Below, in pieces: positions 1-10,167 of a DNA stretch of 64,000 nucleotides. The DNA comes from an uncultured bacterium (GTDB lineage: Bacteria > UBA8481), in the NCBI GenBank assembly GCA_964499705.1, contig CAZCME010000018.1, positions 1 through 64,000 on the forward strand, given 5' to 3'. Each line of letters starts with the position of its first letter. The stretch's first letter is position 1. Both the position numbers and the translations under genes were made by a program. The notes beneath the pieces were generated by a model. The model saw only the letters and a program-made list of their open reading frames with translations, made no database searches and was not told the DNA's origin.

Positions 1-2860
1 CTCCAAGTACCACGCCGGAATCGATGGCGTCCACTAGGAGATAGACGTTCGAGATGCCGCCGCCCGTATCGATAGCATTGATGCCGAAGAGGGCGATTTC
101 ATTGGAGCGGAAGACCGTCTTGGGACCGATAATGAGGTTGGTCAGGTTCACCGCAATGCCGCCCGTGATGGAGAGGACCTCCGTCCTCATTCCGTCGGCC
201 GACAAGGCTGCTCCATAAGTCGGACGATTTTCCAGGTCCAATATGAGTCCGATGAGGGATCGTGGAATGTTCAGATCGGCGTCTAAGTATGTTCGATGGT
301 CGAAGCGTGTGAAGAACCCGCTTGCAAAGACCTGGTCAAAGGCCGTGAAGAGTGCGGGGGCCGTCTCAAAGCCGATTCCGCCCGTGTATACGTTTATCAC
401 GGTGCCGTCGATATCGCCTACGACTACGCGAAACTTATCTCCGGGAGTGATCGACGCGGAGGTTCTGCAGACCAGAAAGTAGTCATCGCCCGCATACGCA
501 TTGAGATCATTGGGCGGAATCACCGGGCTATCGTTTGGCTGCATGAGCCGGCTTGCATTTCCAGTGTCGAGGAAAAGAGCGACCATGAGTGGCTGGTTGA
601 CGGCGCCATAGGGAGAAAGCGTCGATGCGGGATAAGCATTGCCGATGGGAACATAGCGCGAAGTCGCGGCGGAAATACTTTCGAACTGGACAAACGAATC
701 GATTCCCGGATCGAAGACGCCGTTGGTATTCGAAGGGTGGCTGTCATTGTCCCTGTAAAGCGCCCATCCGGATGTGCTATCGAAGGCCAATGCCCTGAAG
801 TCGGCCTCGTGGATCGGACCTCCCCCCTGGCTGACCGCATCCATGACGAAAAACACCATTCGGTCGAGGAGCGTTCCATAGCCGCTGTCCTGCATGTTGA
901 ATCCTGCGACCGCCGTGGGCTGCGAACTGGGAGGAAGAGACTGTCCACTCGTCGTCAGATCGCGGAATATGACTGGCATTCCAAACGTGAGCCTAGCGGT
1001 GTCCACGAGAGGAATTGGCGGAATAAATGGCGCCGTTGCCGTAAATCTCGCGCTGTCCACATTCAGGAATCCCTGAACCCATGTATCCGATCCCGAACAG
1101 AGCGCATACGGATGAGTTTCATACATACTGAGACCGCTGAGAAATTTGATTCCTGCCGGAGGAATTTCAAAGGTGAGGGAATCTCCGAAACGAGCATAGA
1201 TCGATGGTTCGACGCCGATCCACACCCTCGGATAGTCCGTGTTCGTACTACGAATCTTCATAGACTGGTCGGTTGAAAGCGGCATGAAACCGGAAATGAC
1301 GAGATCCACGGTCGTGGTTGATGGAGAAGTCCGAGTGATTAAAGTCTGCGAAACGTCCAGCGGATAGAGCGGATCTGACATGGAATAGGTTCCATCGGTT
1401 GTCGAGCGAATCTGCAATCCGGATTGCTCGGTCTGATCGATGCGTCGCAATGGAGAAGTCTCGCTGTTCAGATCGACATACGGCGGATGATGAACATTCA
1501 AGCGGATCGAGCGAAGACCCTGGGCATTTCCGGGGCCGCCGAGAAGCGTCAGAGATATAAGAGGACGATATGCGATGAAATCCAGATCACTCAGATCGTT
1601 ATATGCAGAATTGGTCACATCCAGGTGCGGATGCGCGAGCCGATTTCTCGGTTCGACATACAAGCCCAGATAGCAGATTGGCGTATGAGTGCTGCTATCG
1701 TACAGGACGCCGTTCCTGGTATTCTTCAGGAAATTCGATCCCGAGACGGACAAGGAAAGCGACATCGTATCGTAGGAGGTAAAAAAGGCGTCTCCCGGAA
1801 CGAATCCGCCGGGATTGGGCAGATCGCTGATGTAGGCGTTGGTATTGAACGTGAAGTCGAACTGCTGCGTGGCGCCCGCGGCAACCGTCGTTGCGGTATC
1901 CAGGCCGATGGAGATGCGGTACAGCGTATCGGCCGTGCTCCAGGCACGAAGCTGATTCGCGGTCGCCGTCCCTCTCCTGTTGAAGTCATGATTGACTGCT
2001 CCAACCGTATGAGTGAACTTCTCGATGTCGCCGGTAAATCCAAGGGGCGTCAGATTGCTGAAAGACTGGGCTCCGGGAACGAAACCGCGCACGTTCGAGC
2101 ATGTAATGTTGCTGCCGGTTACGGTGATCGTTCCAGATGTTCGCGGCACGATATTCCAGTCGTAAAGTTTGAAGGGCCCGGAATTGGCTCCGACTACGAA
2201 GATATCCCCGCCCGGCGTGTTGTCCCGACGATTCATGACCGGCCGGACGATCTGAAGGTCCATGGAATTGATGCTGTGAGCCGTCATAGTCGGCCCTGTG
2301 ATGGCGACTCCTCCGGTCGCCGTCGTACTGACTGTCAGGTCAAAAAGGGTCTGCTTGGATTCGGTGTCCGAGGTGGCGATAACAAGGTAGAAAAGTACCG
2401 AAGAACTCGTGTCCATGCGCTGCAACCCTGGGGTGCTAATCGTGATCACGGTTCCAGGACCTGCGCCGCCGGCGGTGAATCCGACGGGAACTCCTGCTGA
2501 ATCAAGCACCATGAAATACTTGAGCATGGTGCCGTTGACGGAGAAGAAATCGGAGGCTGGAGCCGCGGCGATGTTGTTGTAGATGAAGCTGACGCTCGCC
2601 AAGTCGGCCGACAGACCCGTGTCGTTGTTCGTAACCGTGAAAGGAATCTGGAAGGTATCGCCGGGAAGGACGGCGTCCTGAAATGTTCCGCCTGCGGTCG
2701 TAAAAGAATTGGCTGCGACAATAGCCTGCGCGTATGCCGGATTCGAATTCAGTCCCAGCAGGACGCCGCACAACACGAAAGGCGTTGCGCGAAGCGCGAA
2801 GGGATTAAGAAGACAGCCGATCAGCCGTCCGATGGAGCTTGCACACGGTTGCATGAACAT
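1..2860 (-). CDS. Large secreted/surface protein, Ser/Thr/Gly-rich and probably beta-rich (>950 aa; 3' end outside the window)
   Basis: Absent from the ORF track because it runs off the edge. Hand translation from ATG 2860 gives MFMQPCASSIGRLIGCLLNPFALRATPFVLCGVLLGLNSNPAYAQAIVAANSF... (signal-like, AYA|Q). It was open wherever I read it (2860 to ~1220 and the window start). The + strand ORFs 296-1276 and 1424-2500 are its in-register antisense shadows. Confidence 0.75.
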   Translation of the reverse strand, partial: MFMQPCASSIGRLIGCLLNPFALRATPFVLCGVLLGLNSNPAYAQAIVAANSFTTAGGTFQDAVLPGDTFQIPFTVTNNDTGLSADLASVSFIYNNIAAAPASDFFSVNGTMLKYFMVLDSAGVPVGFTAGGAGPGTVITISTPGLQRMDTSSSVLFYLVIATSDTESKQTLFDLTVSTTATGGVAITGPTMTAHSINSMDLQIVRPVMNRRDNTPGGDIFVVGANSGPFKLYDWNIVPRTSGTITVTGSNITCSNVRGFVPGAQSFSNLTPLGFTGDIEKFTHTVGAVNHDFNRRGTATANQLRAWSTADTLYRISIGLDTATTVAAGATQQFDFTFNTNAYISDLPNPGGFVPGDAFFTSYDTMSLSLSVSGSNFLKNTRNGVLYDSSTHTPICYLGLYVEPRNRLAHPHLDVTNSAYNDLSDLDFIAYRPLISLTLLGGPGNAQGLRSIRLNVHHPPYVDLNSETSPLRRIDQTEQSGLQIRSTTDGTYSMSDPLYPLDVSQTLITRTSPSTTTVDLVISGFMPLSTDQSMKIRSTNTDYPRVWIGVEPSIYARFGDSLTFEIPPAGIKFLSGLSMYETHPYALCSGSDTWVQGFLNVDSARFTATAPFIPPIPLVDTARLTFGMPVIFRDLTTSGQSLPPSSQPTAVAGFNMQDSGYGTLLDRMVFFVMDAVSQGGGPIHEADFRALAFDSTSGWALYRDNDSHPSNTNGVFDPGIDSFVQFESISAATSRYVPIGNAYPASTLSPYGAVNQPLMVALFLDTGNASRLMQPNDSPVIPPNDLNAYAGDDYFLVCRTSASITPGDKFRVVVGDIDGTVINVYTGGIGFETAPALFTAFDQVFASGFFTRFDHRTYLDADLNIPRSLIGLILDLENRPTYGAALSADGMRTEVLSITGGIAVNLTNLIIGPKTVFRSNEIALFGINAIDTGGGISNVYLLVDAIDSGVVLG

Positions 2861-2983
2861 GAGAGACACGTATTCTACAATTCGATCAGGCATCGTCAAA
2901 TCAAATCCGTCGAAGTTTTTCCACCCGCATACGTAAAGAATTTCAGTGTTCGGCGGCGCGTATCAGGGTGTATAATAGCCGCC

Positions 2984-3763
2984 ATGCTGCTCTCTTCTGT
3001 GCTCGCGATATGTCTCTCCTGCGGCATCGATTCCGGAATTCAACGCGCTCTTGCGCCGATTCATCCCGCGTCCGCCGGTGAAGCCATACTTCTGGAACGT
3101 AAGGACGGCGCGATTTTCATCAGAAGCGGCAGCAAGACCCTTATCTTCGCCCCCTTTGACCGCGGGCGCATCGGACGGGACGGCACGCTGTCCATCACCG
3201 GCCGATTTTTTCCGAAAATCTCGAAAGACCTCTGGGGATATGCGGATCAAATCATTCTTGGAAGATCGCGGGACAAACTTCTTGGCCTCGAAATCACCGA
3301 CAGCATCCGCGATCCGGACGCCGTTCTCCATGAATTTAAAGTCTGGTCTGAAACCACGGTGGGAATTGCCTGGCCATCATGGAACAATTGGCTTTCCGCG
3401 AATATTTCACCGGTGCTCCTATGGGATCCAGCGGTCTCGCTCTGCCTTGCCACGAAAGTCGCGCCCTGGATGAACAATGCTGTTCTGGACGTTGCGCAGC
3501 GCGGGGACGAAGTCCTCTTCAGGGCAATTTCCGTCGGCGAAGTCGGAGTAATGCAATCTGTCACGGTGGCCGTGCGCATTCGACCCGATCATGAAAAAGC
3601 CAATGATCTCGCGATCGAAATTGCTCCTTTCGGTTCCAGCGTTTTTCGTTTCACGACCGACGTTTATCAGGCGCGCGTTGAAGCGACTCCGCCGCTCGGT
3701 GAATCTGAACTCCAGGGTTGGTTGAGATCCTTCTCCAGCATCCTGATGCAAAATTATCCGTGA
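2984..3763 (+). CDS. Hypothetical protein, possibly exported or a lipoprotein
   Basis: ORF 2849-3763. Likely start ATG 2984 (MLLSSVLAICLSCG...), 7 nt after TATAAT. No family recognised. Confidence 0.5.
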   Translation: MLLSSVLAICLSCGIDSGIQRALAPIHPASAGEAILLERKDGAIFIRSGSKTLIFAPFDRGRIGRDGTLSITGRFFPKISKDLWGYADQIILGRSRDKLLGLEITDSIRDPDAVLHEFKVWSETTVGIAWPSWNNWLSANISPVLLWDPAVSLCLATKVAPWMNNAVLDVAQRGDEVLFRAISVGEVGVMQSVTVAVRIRPDHEKANDLAIEIAPFGSSVFRFTTDVYQARVEATPPLGESELQGWLRSFSSILMQNYP

Positions 3764-3771
3764 ATTGCTCC

Positions 3772-4329
3772 CTATTCTTCCCTCCCCAAAAGCATCACGC
3801 ACGGCAACTCACTCCCCTTCGGCACATACACGGTCTCCTCCTCCGCCATCAATAACCCGTCCGCGTCCAGGAGCGACATCGTGATCGCGGAACCCTGCTT
3901 CGGGTTCGTCGGCAGCGCCGTGTAGTTTCTTCCCTCCCGCTCCAGTTTCACTCGGATATATTCCGGCCGGCCCGGCTGTCGCCGTATCTCCCAGCCTAGC
4001 GTCACGGGGATGATCGGGCGGAAGAGACGATCGTGGCCCATCATCTTTCTCAGGGCGGGTCGCACGAAAAGCTCGAAAGTGACGTGCGTGGAGACGGGAT
4101 TGCCCGGGAGGCCGAAGACGGGCTTGCCGGGCTTCATGTTGATCCGCCAGAACTTGATCTTCAGGCCTTCTTCCTCCAGCACGAGCCTCATCAGGTCGCG
4201 GTCCCCGACCGACATTCCGCCTGTCGTCACGACCGCATCGGCGCGGCGGGAAGAACCAGTTCGTCGCCGCTCGTGAAGACCGCGACCACGTTCGCCCCCG
4301 ATCTCCTTCGCCAGTCCGGCGGCGATCAG
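3772..4329 (-). pseudogene. moeA: Fragmentary second copy of moeA (3' half plus two short upstream pieces, with internal deletions)
   Basis: ~3908-4128 is identical to moeA ~5141-5361. It has a 30-bp deletion and pieces matching ~5645-5697 and ~5965-5998. There is no N-terminus. Confidence 0.85.
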
Positions 4330-4502
4330 CGGGGCGAGCGATCGGCTAACTTCTTCAATTCCTCCGGCGACGTGATTTTAGGGTTCGTACTGTTTTTTTC
4401 TTTTTCTCGAAGTCGCTCGAAATATCGGTGCAGATCGTTACCGCACTCCTCGAATATTTTCCTGCGAATCTCACGGACTTCCTCTACGACAGGATCATTC
4501 AT
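4326..4502 (-). CDS. Small (58 aa) putative antitoxin partner of the PIN toxin
   Basis: MNDPVVEEVREIRRKIFEECGNDL... resembles the small proteins commonly found downstream of this PIN subfamily. ATGA overlap with the full-length toxin frame; GAGGAG RBS upstream. Confidence 0.65.
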   Translation of the reverse strand: MNDPVVEEVREIRRKIFEECGNDLHRYFERLREKEKNSTNPKITSPEELKKLADRSPR

Positions 4503-4990
4503 GGCGCGGGCCCCTCCTCTTGTGATCCCAACAATTCTTCCGGAGTGCAGATGACGGGCGTCCACGCACCACTTTCCGCATTCAAGCGGTAAAGTTCGCT
4601 CATGATCTACGCATTCGCGATATGTTTGCAATTCCAAGTTACAAGGTAATCGACGCGATAAACACATGCATAGGCAAGATGGGCTTCATCGGTCGCGGCG
4701 CGCGCTGGAATTCCCAATTCCTTGCTGTATCGAACCGCAAGATCTTCAACTTCGACGGTCTTTGACAGCATGAATAGATTCCGGATCAACGCCAATCGTT
4801 GGCTCGCGGCCTCCGGATCGCCTTCGCCACATTCATCCAGCACGGGCTGGGATATAACCAGCTTGTAGTTTGACCTCCGCGTCGCCCACCAGAATCGAGT
4901 GATTTCCTGATGCGCCAGAATGACGATATCGCGAACGGGTCGGGCCACCAGATAGCTGGGAACAGTGGTTTCAAGATAAACTGTCTTCAT
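4499..4990 (-). pseudogene. PIN-domain (VapC-like) toxin interrupted by an in-frame TAG at 4607-4609
   Basis: MKTVYLETTVPSYL...D.AH...DYLVTWNCKHIANA*. The frame continues IMSELYRLNAESGAWTPVICTPEELLGS..., the typical 'ICTPEEL' C-terminus, to TGA at 4499. Confidence 0.8.
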
Positions 4991-6234
4991 GACAGCTCGA
5001 TCGTATCACACTCTTTCCCCTCCAACATCACGCACAACGCTTCGCTTCCGCGTGGAACCAGGACGGTGTCTGCTTCCACCATCAATAACCCGTCCGCGTC
5101 CAGGAGAGAGGTCGTGATCCCTGACCCCTGCTTCGGGCTGGTCGGCAGCGCCGTGTAGTTTCTTCCCTCCCGCTCCAGTTTCACTCGGATATATTCCGGC
5201 CGGCCCGGCTGTCGCCGTATCTCCCAGCCTAGCGTCACGGGGATGATCGGGCGGAAGAGACGATCGTGGCCCATCATCTTTCTCAGGGCGGGTCGCACGA
5301 AAAGCTCGAAAGTGACGTGCGTGGAGACGGGATTGCCCGGGAGGCCGAAGACGGGCTTGCCGTCCAGCAGGCCGAACAGGACGGGCTTGCCGGGCTTCAT
5401 GTTGATCCGCCAGAACTTGATCTTCAGGCCTTCTTCCTCCAGCACGAGCCTCATCAGGTCCCGGTCTCCGACCGACATTCCGCCTGTCGTCACGACCGCA
5501 TCGGCCCGACGGGCGAGCTGGATTCCCTCGCGGATCTGCATCTTCTCGTCCTTCGCGATTCCCAGGTCGACGACGTCGCAGCCCGCATCGCGCAGCATCG
5601 CGGCGACGCAGAGCGAATTGGAATTGCGGACGAGGCCCGGTTTCATCGGCGCGCCGGGAAGGACCAGCTCGTCGCCGCTCGTGAAGACCGCGACGACCGG
5701 GCGGCGGTGAATCTGGGCGCGGGCGCGGCCCGCGGATACCGCGACCGCGAGCGCCCCCGGAGTCAGCTCGGTTCCACGCCTCAATACGGTCTGGCCCGCG
5801 GTTATATCCTCCCCGGCTCTCCGGATGTGCTGACCCTCCGATACCGCCTCTTCGAAGAGGATGCTCTCCCCTTCCACTTTAACATTCTCGATGGGGACGA
5901 CGGCGTCGGCTCCGGACGGGATCATGGCTCCGGTCATGATCTTCGCCGTCGTGCCGTGAGCAATCCCGATCTCCTTCGCCAGTCCGGCTGCGATCAGATC
6001 CGGAATCACGCGCAGGCGGATCGGATGGTCCGGAGCCGCCGACTTCAGTTCCTCGGAGATGACGGCGTATCCGTCCATCCCGGAATTGTCCGTGAAGGGA
6101 ACGTCGTCGATGGCGGTGATGTCCTCGGCCAGGACGCTGCCCGCCGCTTCTTTCAGGGTAAGCTCGACGGTCTCCAGCGGAGCAATCGAATCGAGAATCG
6201 TCTCGATCGCCGTGCGGACCGCGATGGCCTTCAT
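4987..6234 (-). CDS. moeA: Molybdopterin molybdotransferase MoeA (gephyrin-like)
   Basis: Motifs SGMDGYA, IMTGA..P.GADAVV, SGDEL, TTGG.SVGD.D, KPGKP, GLPGNPVS. Confidence 0.95.
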   Translation of the reverse strand: MKAIAVRTAIETILDSIAPLETVELTLKEAAGSVLAEDITAIDDVPFTDNSGMDGYAVISEELKSAAPDHPIRLRVIPDLIAAGLAKEIGIAHGTTAKIMTGAMIPSGADAVVPIENVKVEGESILFEEAVSEGQHIRRAGEDITAGQTVLRRGTELTPGALAVAVSAGRARAQIHRRPVVAVFTSGDELVLPGAPMKPGLVRNSNSLCVAAMLRDAGCDVVDLGIAKDEKMQIREGIQLARRADAVVTTGGMSVGDRDLMRLVLEEEGLKIKFWRINMKPGKPVLFGLLDGKPVFGLPGNPVSTHVTFELFVRPALRKMMGHDRLFRPIIPVTLGWEIRRQPGRPEYIRVKLEREGRNYTALPTSPKQGSGITTSLLDADGLLMVEADTVLVPRGSEALCVMLEGKECDTIELS

Positions 6235-6241
6235 GAACGCG

Positions 6242-7111
6242 TCAGACGACTTCGCCGGTCAAGGCCGCCTCGGCCGCGATAACGGTATTCTCCATCAGCA
6301 TCGCCACGGTCATCGGCCCGATGCCGCCCGGCACCGGTGTCCACGCATACGCGACCTCCTTCACGGACGCAGCGACGTCTCCCACGACGCGAAATCCGCG
6401 CGGGCTGCCGGAGTCCGGCACGCGGTTGATGCCCACGTCAACGACAACCACGCCTCTGGTCACCATCTCCTTCGTGACAAGTCCCGGCCGGCCGACTCCG
6501 ACGACGAGGATCTCCGCCCGGCGCGTGTGCGCGGCGAGATCCTTCGTCTCGATGTGGCAGACGGTGATCGTCGCCATCCTCGTCAGCATCAATCCCGCCA
6601 GCGGCTTGCCGACGATCTTCGACGCTCCCACAATCACGGTATCCTTGCCTTTGCAGTCGATCCCGAATTCATCCAGAAGCCGGACGATTCCCTTCGGCGT
6701 GCACGATGCGAATCCTCCGACACCCGTCGTGACTCTCCCGACATTGAAAGGATGAAATCCATCCACGTCCTTGGAGGGATCTATGGCCTCGATGACCGCC
6801 TGCGTGTTGATTCCCGCAGGAAGCGGAAGCTGGACGAGAATTCCACTCGTCTTCGGATCCGCGTTCTCCTTCGCGATCATATCCAGGAGTTCGGCTTCGG
6901 ACGTCTTATCGTCCATCACCACGGAGTGCGAATGGATCCCGACTTCCTCGCAGGACTTCATCTTCCGCGAGACATACAGTTCCGAGGCGGCATCGGCTCC
7001 GACCCGGATCGCCGTCAATCCCGGCGTCACGCCCTTCTCCGAGAGCCGCGCGACGCGACGCGCGAGTTCCGTCTTGATTTTCCGGGCCGTTACTTCACCG
7101 TCGAGAATCAC
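6242..7111 (-). CDS. folD: Methylenetetrahydrofolate dehydrogenase/cyclohydrolase
   Basis: Motifs GILVQLPLP, KDVDGFHP.N.G, CTPKG, DVGINR, TPVPGGIGPMT. Confidence 0.97.
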   Translation of the reverse strand: MILDGEVTARKIKTELARRVARLSEKGVTPGLTAIRVGADAASELYVSRKMKSCEEVGIHSHSVVMDDKTSEAELLDMIAKENADPKTSGILVQLPLPAGINTQAVIEAIDPSKDVDGFHPFNVGRVTTGVGGFASCTPKGIVRLLDEFGIDCKGKDTVIVGASKIVGKPLAGLMLTRMATITVCHIETKDLAAHTRRAEILVVGVGRPGLVTKEMVTRGVVVVDVGINRVPDSGSPRGFRVVGDVAASVKEVAYAWTPVPGGIGPMTVAMLMENTVIAAEAALTGEVV

Positions 7112-9651
7112 GGCCAGTAGTTCGGGTCGTTGGAGATCTTCTGCTCGTACGGAGCCAGGAGTTTTCGTTCCTCGGAGATGTCGATGTAGAGCCGCTCCGC
7201 AGCGTCCAGGAGGCCCAGGAGGCTTTCATACAGTCTCCGGTCGCTGGTTTCGAGAACGGCACCGATCATGGTCATTCCCTCGCCCTTCAGGATCGCGTAG
7301 ATGACCTCCTGCGCGTATTTCGCCTCGATGACCGCTCCGTCCTCCTGCATCGTCCGGAGCGTCTGGAGGAAATCGTCGAAGGCGCGGCTGTTGCGGCCGG
7401 CGATCCTCAGGGCGGCGGCGATCCGGTCGATCTCGGCGGAGAACGCCGTCGAAACGGCCTTCCGGGTGATCATGACGCCGAAGCGTCCCAGGCGGTGTTC
7501 GAGGCGGCGCGCTTCCTCCTTGCGTCCGCTCCGGATGTGCGCGGTCCATACGAAATCGGCGATGGCCGTGAGAAAATTCATGAAGAACGGATCGGCGGAA
7601 ATGTGGAGGATTTTCGCGAGGTCCAGGACGGGCTCGATCGTGTTCACCGCATTGCGGCAGATGAGGTCGAGATCCTGTTCCGCCTTGCGGGCTTCCTGCA
7701 GGAGCAGGAGCTTTGTTTCGGACCGGAAGAGATCCTTCAGCCCGAGGGGGACGCATCCTTTTCTTTCCGCCACGATGGGACGAATCTTCGCCCAGGGCCT
7801 TCCGCGCGGATCGCCACCCGGCCACCGGAACGTGGCGCCGATATCGAAGATGAGCGTCTCGGGCGGCATGCTGAACCGGCCGACCCATCCGTACCGCTTC
7901 TCGCTGTCCGTCCGGATATCCCGGACGCGGGCCGATCCACGGCCGAGCGTTATTCCGGAGATGGCGGGTGCCGCGTACAGGGACGACTCATCCACCACTT
8001 CCTCGTTCTCATGCCAGAACGCTTCCCCTTCGAACTTCACCACGTATCGGCCCCGCCCGTGATCCTTGATTCCGGCGTGGCTGGACAGAAGCGCCTGCGA
8101 GAGGATTCTCAGCTTGGCGGTCGTCTTCGGATGCGTGATATGCCTGTAGATCTTCGCGCCGTCGCCCTGCCCGGGATCGTTCGATTTCGCGTCCTTCATT
8201 CTCTTGACGAATTTCTCCTCGAGGCCGTGCGGCGCGAGATCCCCCAGGACGTGAATCGCCCGCGAAGCGTAAAGCATCAGCTGGCGCGGCTCGATGCTCG
8301 ATATGTCATCGAAGAACCATCCGCACGATGTGTACATCAGCATCGCGTTTCGCTGCGACTCCAGGAGCTGCCAGGCCTGGACGTGATTCTCATCGGCCCC
8401 CTTCCTGAAATGCTTCGCGACGAACGCGGCGCGCTCCTTCTGGTCGAAATGCGCCAGGATGATCCTGATGTATTCGTTGCGGGCTGACCACGGGTCCTTC
8501 ATGAGCCTGGCGCCCTCGGTTTCGAATGTTTTTCTCAGGGCGTCACGGAGCGCATCGAGCCCCTCGCGCAGGGGCTTGCGCCATTGCTGGTTCCAGCCGT
8601 TCGACGGATTCGCCTTGCATCCGCAATCGGCCCGCCACCGCTCCACGCCATGGGAGCAGCTCCATGAGGATGCGCCGGGCTTCAGCGTCGCTCCCAGCTT
8701 CGCCGGATGGCGCTCCAGCCACGACGCGTAATTCGTGATGCGGACCGGACGCGTCACGCGACCCGATCTCCCGGAGAAATGCTCCGCGTGCGAATGCGCG
8801 ATGCACATGTCGCCGAACGGCTCGTGATGGCCGTAGATCTCGCCGTCGGTCGCGATGGAAATAAGGGACGTCGCCCCGTACGACGCCAGGATCTTGTCGG
8901 CGAAACCTTCCGAGGAGCGAAGTATATGGTTGAAGGAAACATCCGCGGACAGGGCGCCGTGATAGAAAAAGACGGGGATCTTTCCGGCGGGTGTCGTCAC
9001 GAGATACGGAACGGAAATATCCATCCGGCCGTCCGTCACCTTCTTCATCTTGCCGTCGGAGCCCTCGTATTCGGCGCACTGGAACGGCGAGAGGATCGCG
9101 TATTTCATCTTATAGCGCAGCAGCATCGCGAGCGTATCGAGATCGACGGCGGTCTCGGGCATCCACATGGCTTCGGGTTCCCGGCCGAAGCGATGCCGGA
9201 AGTCGGCGATGCCCCAGAGAATCTGCGTCTCCTTGTCCCTGTCGTCGGCCAGGGGCATGATCATGTGGTTGTAGCTCTGCGCGATCGCGTTGCCGTGCCC
9301 GTTGTTGCGGGCCTGGCTCTCGCCGTCCGCCCGCACCAGCTCCGCGAGCGTCTCCGGATCGTTCCGCTCCATCCACGAGAGAAGCGTCGGCCCGAAGTTG
9401 AAGGAGAGCCATGTGTAATTGTTCGCGATGGAGCGGATACGGCCGTATTCGCCGAGAATCCGGGAGTGCGCGTTTGGGCGATAGCATTCCGCGTGAATCC
9501 GCTCGTTCCAGTTCGAAAACGGCGCCGCGGACGGCTCGCCCTCGATCTCCTCCGTCCACGGATCTTCGCGCGGCGGCTGATAGAAGTGACCGTGGATGAT
9601 GAGCTCCACCGGGGAACTATCCGGCAGGACCGCCGGAGCCGATGACGTCAT
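7108..9651 (-). CDS. Glycoside hydrolase family 57 / DUF3536 protein (alpha-glucan metabolism)
   Basis: Motifs HGHFYQPPRE.PW, SFNFGPTLLSW, ATDGE.YGHH, SWSCSHGVERW..DCGC, MYTSCGWFFD. Start set at the ATGA overlap with the upstream gene. Confidence 0.88.
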   Translation of the reverse strand: MTSSAPAVLPDSSPVELIIHGHFYQPPREDPWTEEIEGEPSAAPFSNWNERIHAECYRPNAHSRILGEYGRIRSIANNYTWLSFNFGPTLLSWMERNDPETLAELVRADGESQARNNGHGNAIAQSYNHMIMPLADDRDKETQILWGIADFRHRFGREPEAMWMPETAVDLDTLAMLLRYKMKYAILSPFQCAEYEGSDGKMKKVTDGRMDISVPYLVTTPAGKIPVFFYHGALSADVSFNHILRSSEGFADKILASYGATSLISIATDGEIYGHHEPFGDMCIAHSHAEHFSGRSGRVTRPVRITNYASWLERHPAKLGATLKPGASSWSCSHGVERWRADCGCKANPSNGWNQQWRKPLREGLDALRDALRKTFETEGARLMKDPWSARNEYIRIILAHFDQKERAAFVAKHFRKGADENHVQAWQLLESQRNAMLMYTSCGWFFDDISSIEPRQLMLYASRAIHVLGDLAPHGLEEKFVKRMKDAKSNDPGQGDGAKIYRHITHPKTTAKLRILSQALLSSHAGIKDHGRGRYVVKFEGEAFWHENEEVVDESSLYAAPAISGITLGRGSARVRDIRTDSEKRYGWVGRFSMPPETLIFDIGATFRWPGGDPRGRPWAKIRPIVAERKGCVPLGLKDLFRSETKLLLLQEARKAEQDLDLICRNAVNTIEPVLDLAKILHISADPFFMNFLTAIADFVWTAHIRSGRKEEARRLEHRLGRFGVMITRKAVSTAFSAEIDRIAAALRIAGRNSRAFDDFLQTLRTMQEDGAVIEAKYAQEVIYAILKGEGMTMIGAVLETSDRRLYESLLGLLDAAERLYIDISEERKLLAPYEQKISNDPNYWP

Positions 9652-10079
9652 GGATGATTTGGTGCAGGCAGCGCTTCCGCCGGAAGACCGTCGGCCACGG
9701 GCGCGGTTCCATGAAGGCGATCCAGGATTGCATCGGCACGCTCCGCGGCTTTCGTCCATTCCGGAGCGCGCGCCTGGAGCTCCGCGATTTTCGCGGGCGT
9801 TTTGTCCTCGCCCGGCTCCGTGATCCCGAGCTTATGCTCCTCCGCTTTCCTCCGCGCCCGCGCCCGTGCGAATTCCAGCGCCGCAAGGCGCGCATTGATT
9901 TCGGATTCGAGCCCGTCCATGGCTTTCATCACCTGCTCCGGTCTGTCGGAATGTTCCGTGACCACATCCCAGTTCGCGGGCAGGTTCACATTGAGCACGA
10001 CGCCCATCGCAATCACCGCAACCAGGGATGCGATGGACATGAAGACGCCGATGCGATGCCATTTGTCAGGTTCAGCCAT
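9648..10079 (-). CDS. Hypothetical membrane-anchored coiled-coil protein
   Basis: N-terminal hydrophobic helix followed by an Ala/Glu/Arg-rich helix. Its stop overlaps the GH57 start. Confidence 0.65.
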   Translation of the reverse strand: MAEPDKWHRIGVFMSIASLVAVIAMGVVLNVNLPANWDVVTEHSDRPEQVMKAMDGLESEINARLAALEFARARARRKAEEHKLGITEPGEDKTPAKIAELQARAPEWTKAAERADAILDRLHGTAPVADGLPAEALPAPNHP

Positions 10080-10167
10080 GCGGCGAAAGATAGCACAGTT
10101 GCCGCGTGTTTGAAAATTCTAGTTTGGCCGTTCCTCCCCGCCTGTGGAAGATTTTACCGGGCGGGAC

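Noticed and set aside
296-2500. Long + strand ORFs 296-1276 and 1424-2500, and similar long antisense ORFs (e.g. 14970-17120, 41749-43956, 51032-52894)
   Set aside because: They are antisense shadows of real genes in GC-rich DNA with no recognisable motifs.
3772-5500. moeA duplicate as a DGR template/variable repeat pair for the RT
   Set aside because: Differences are not adenine-specific and are often synonymous. There is no Avd-like gene, and the RT has UG/Abi-like rather than DGR features.
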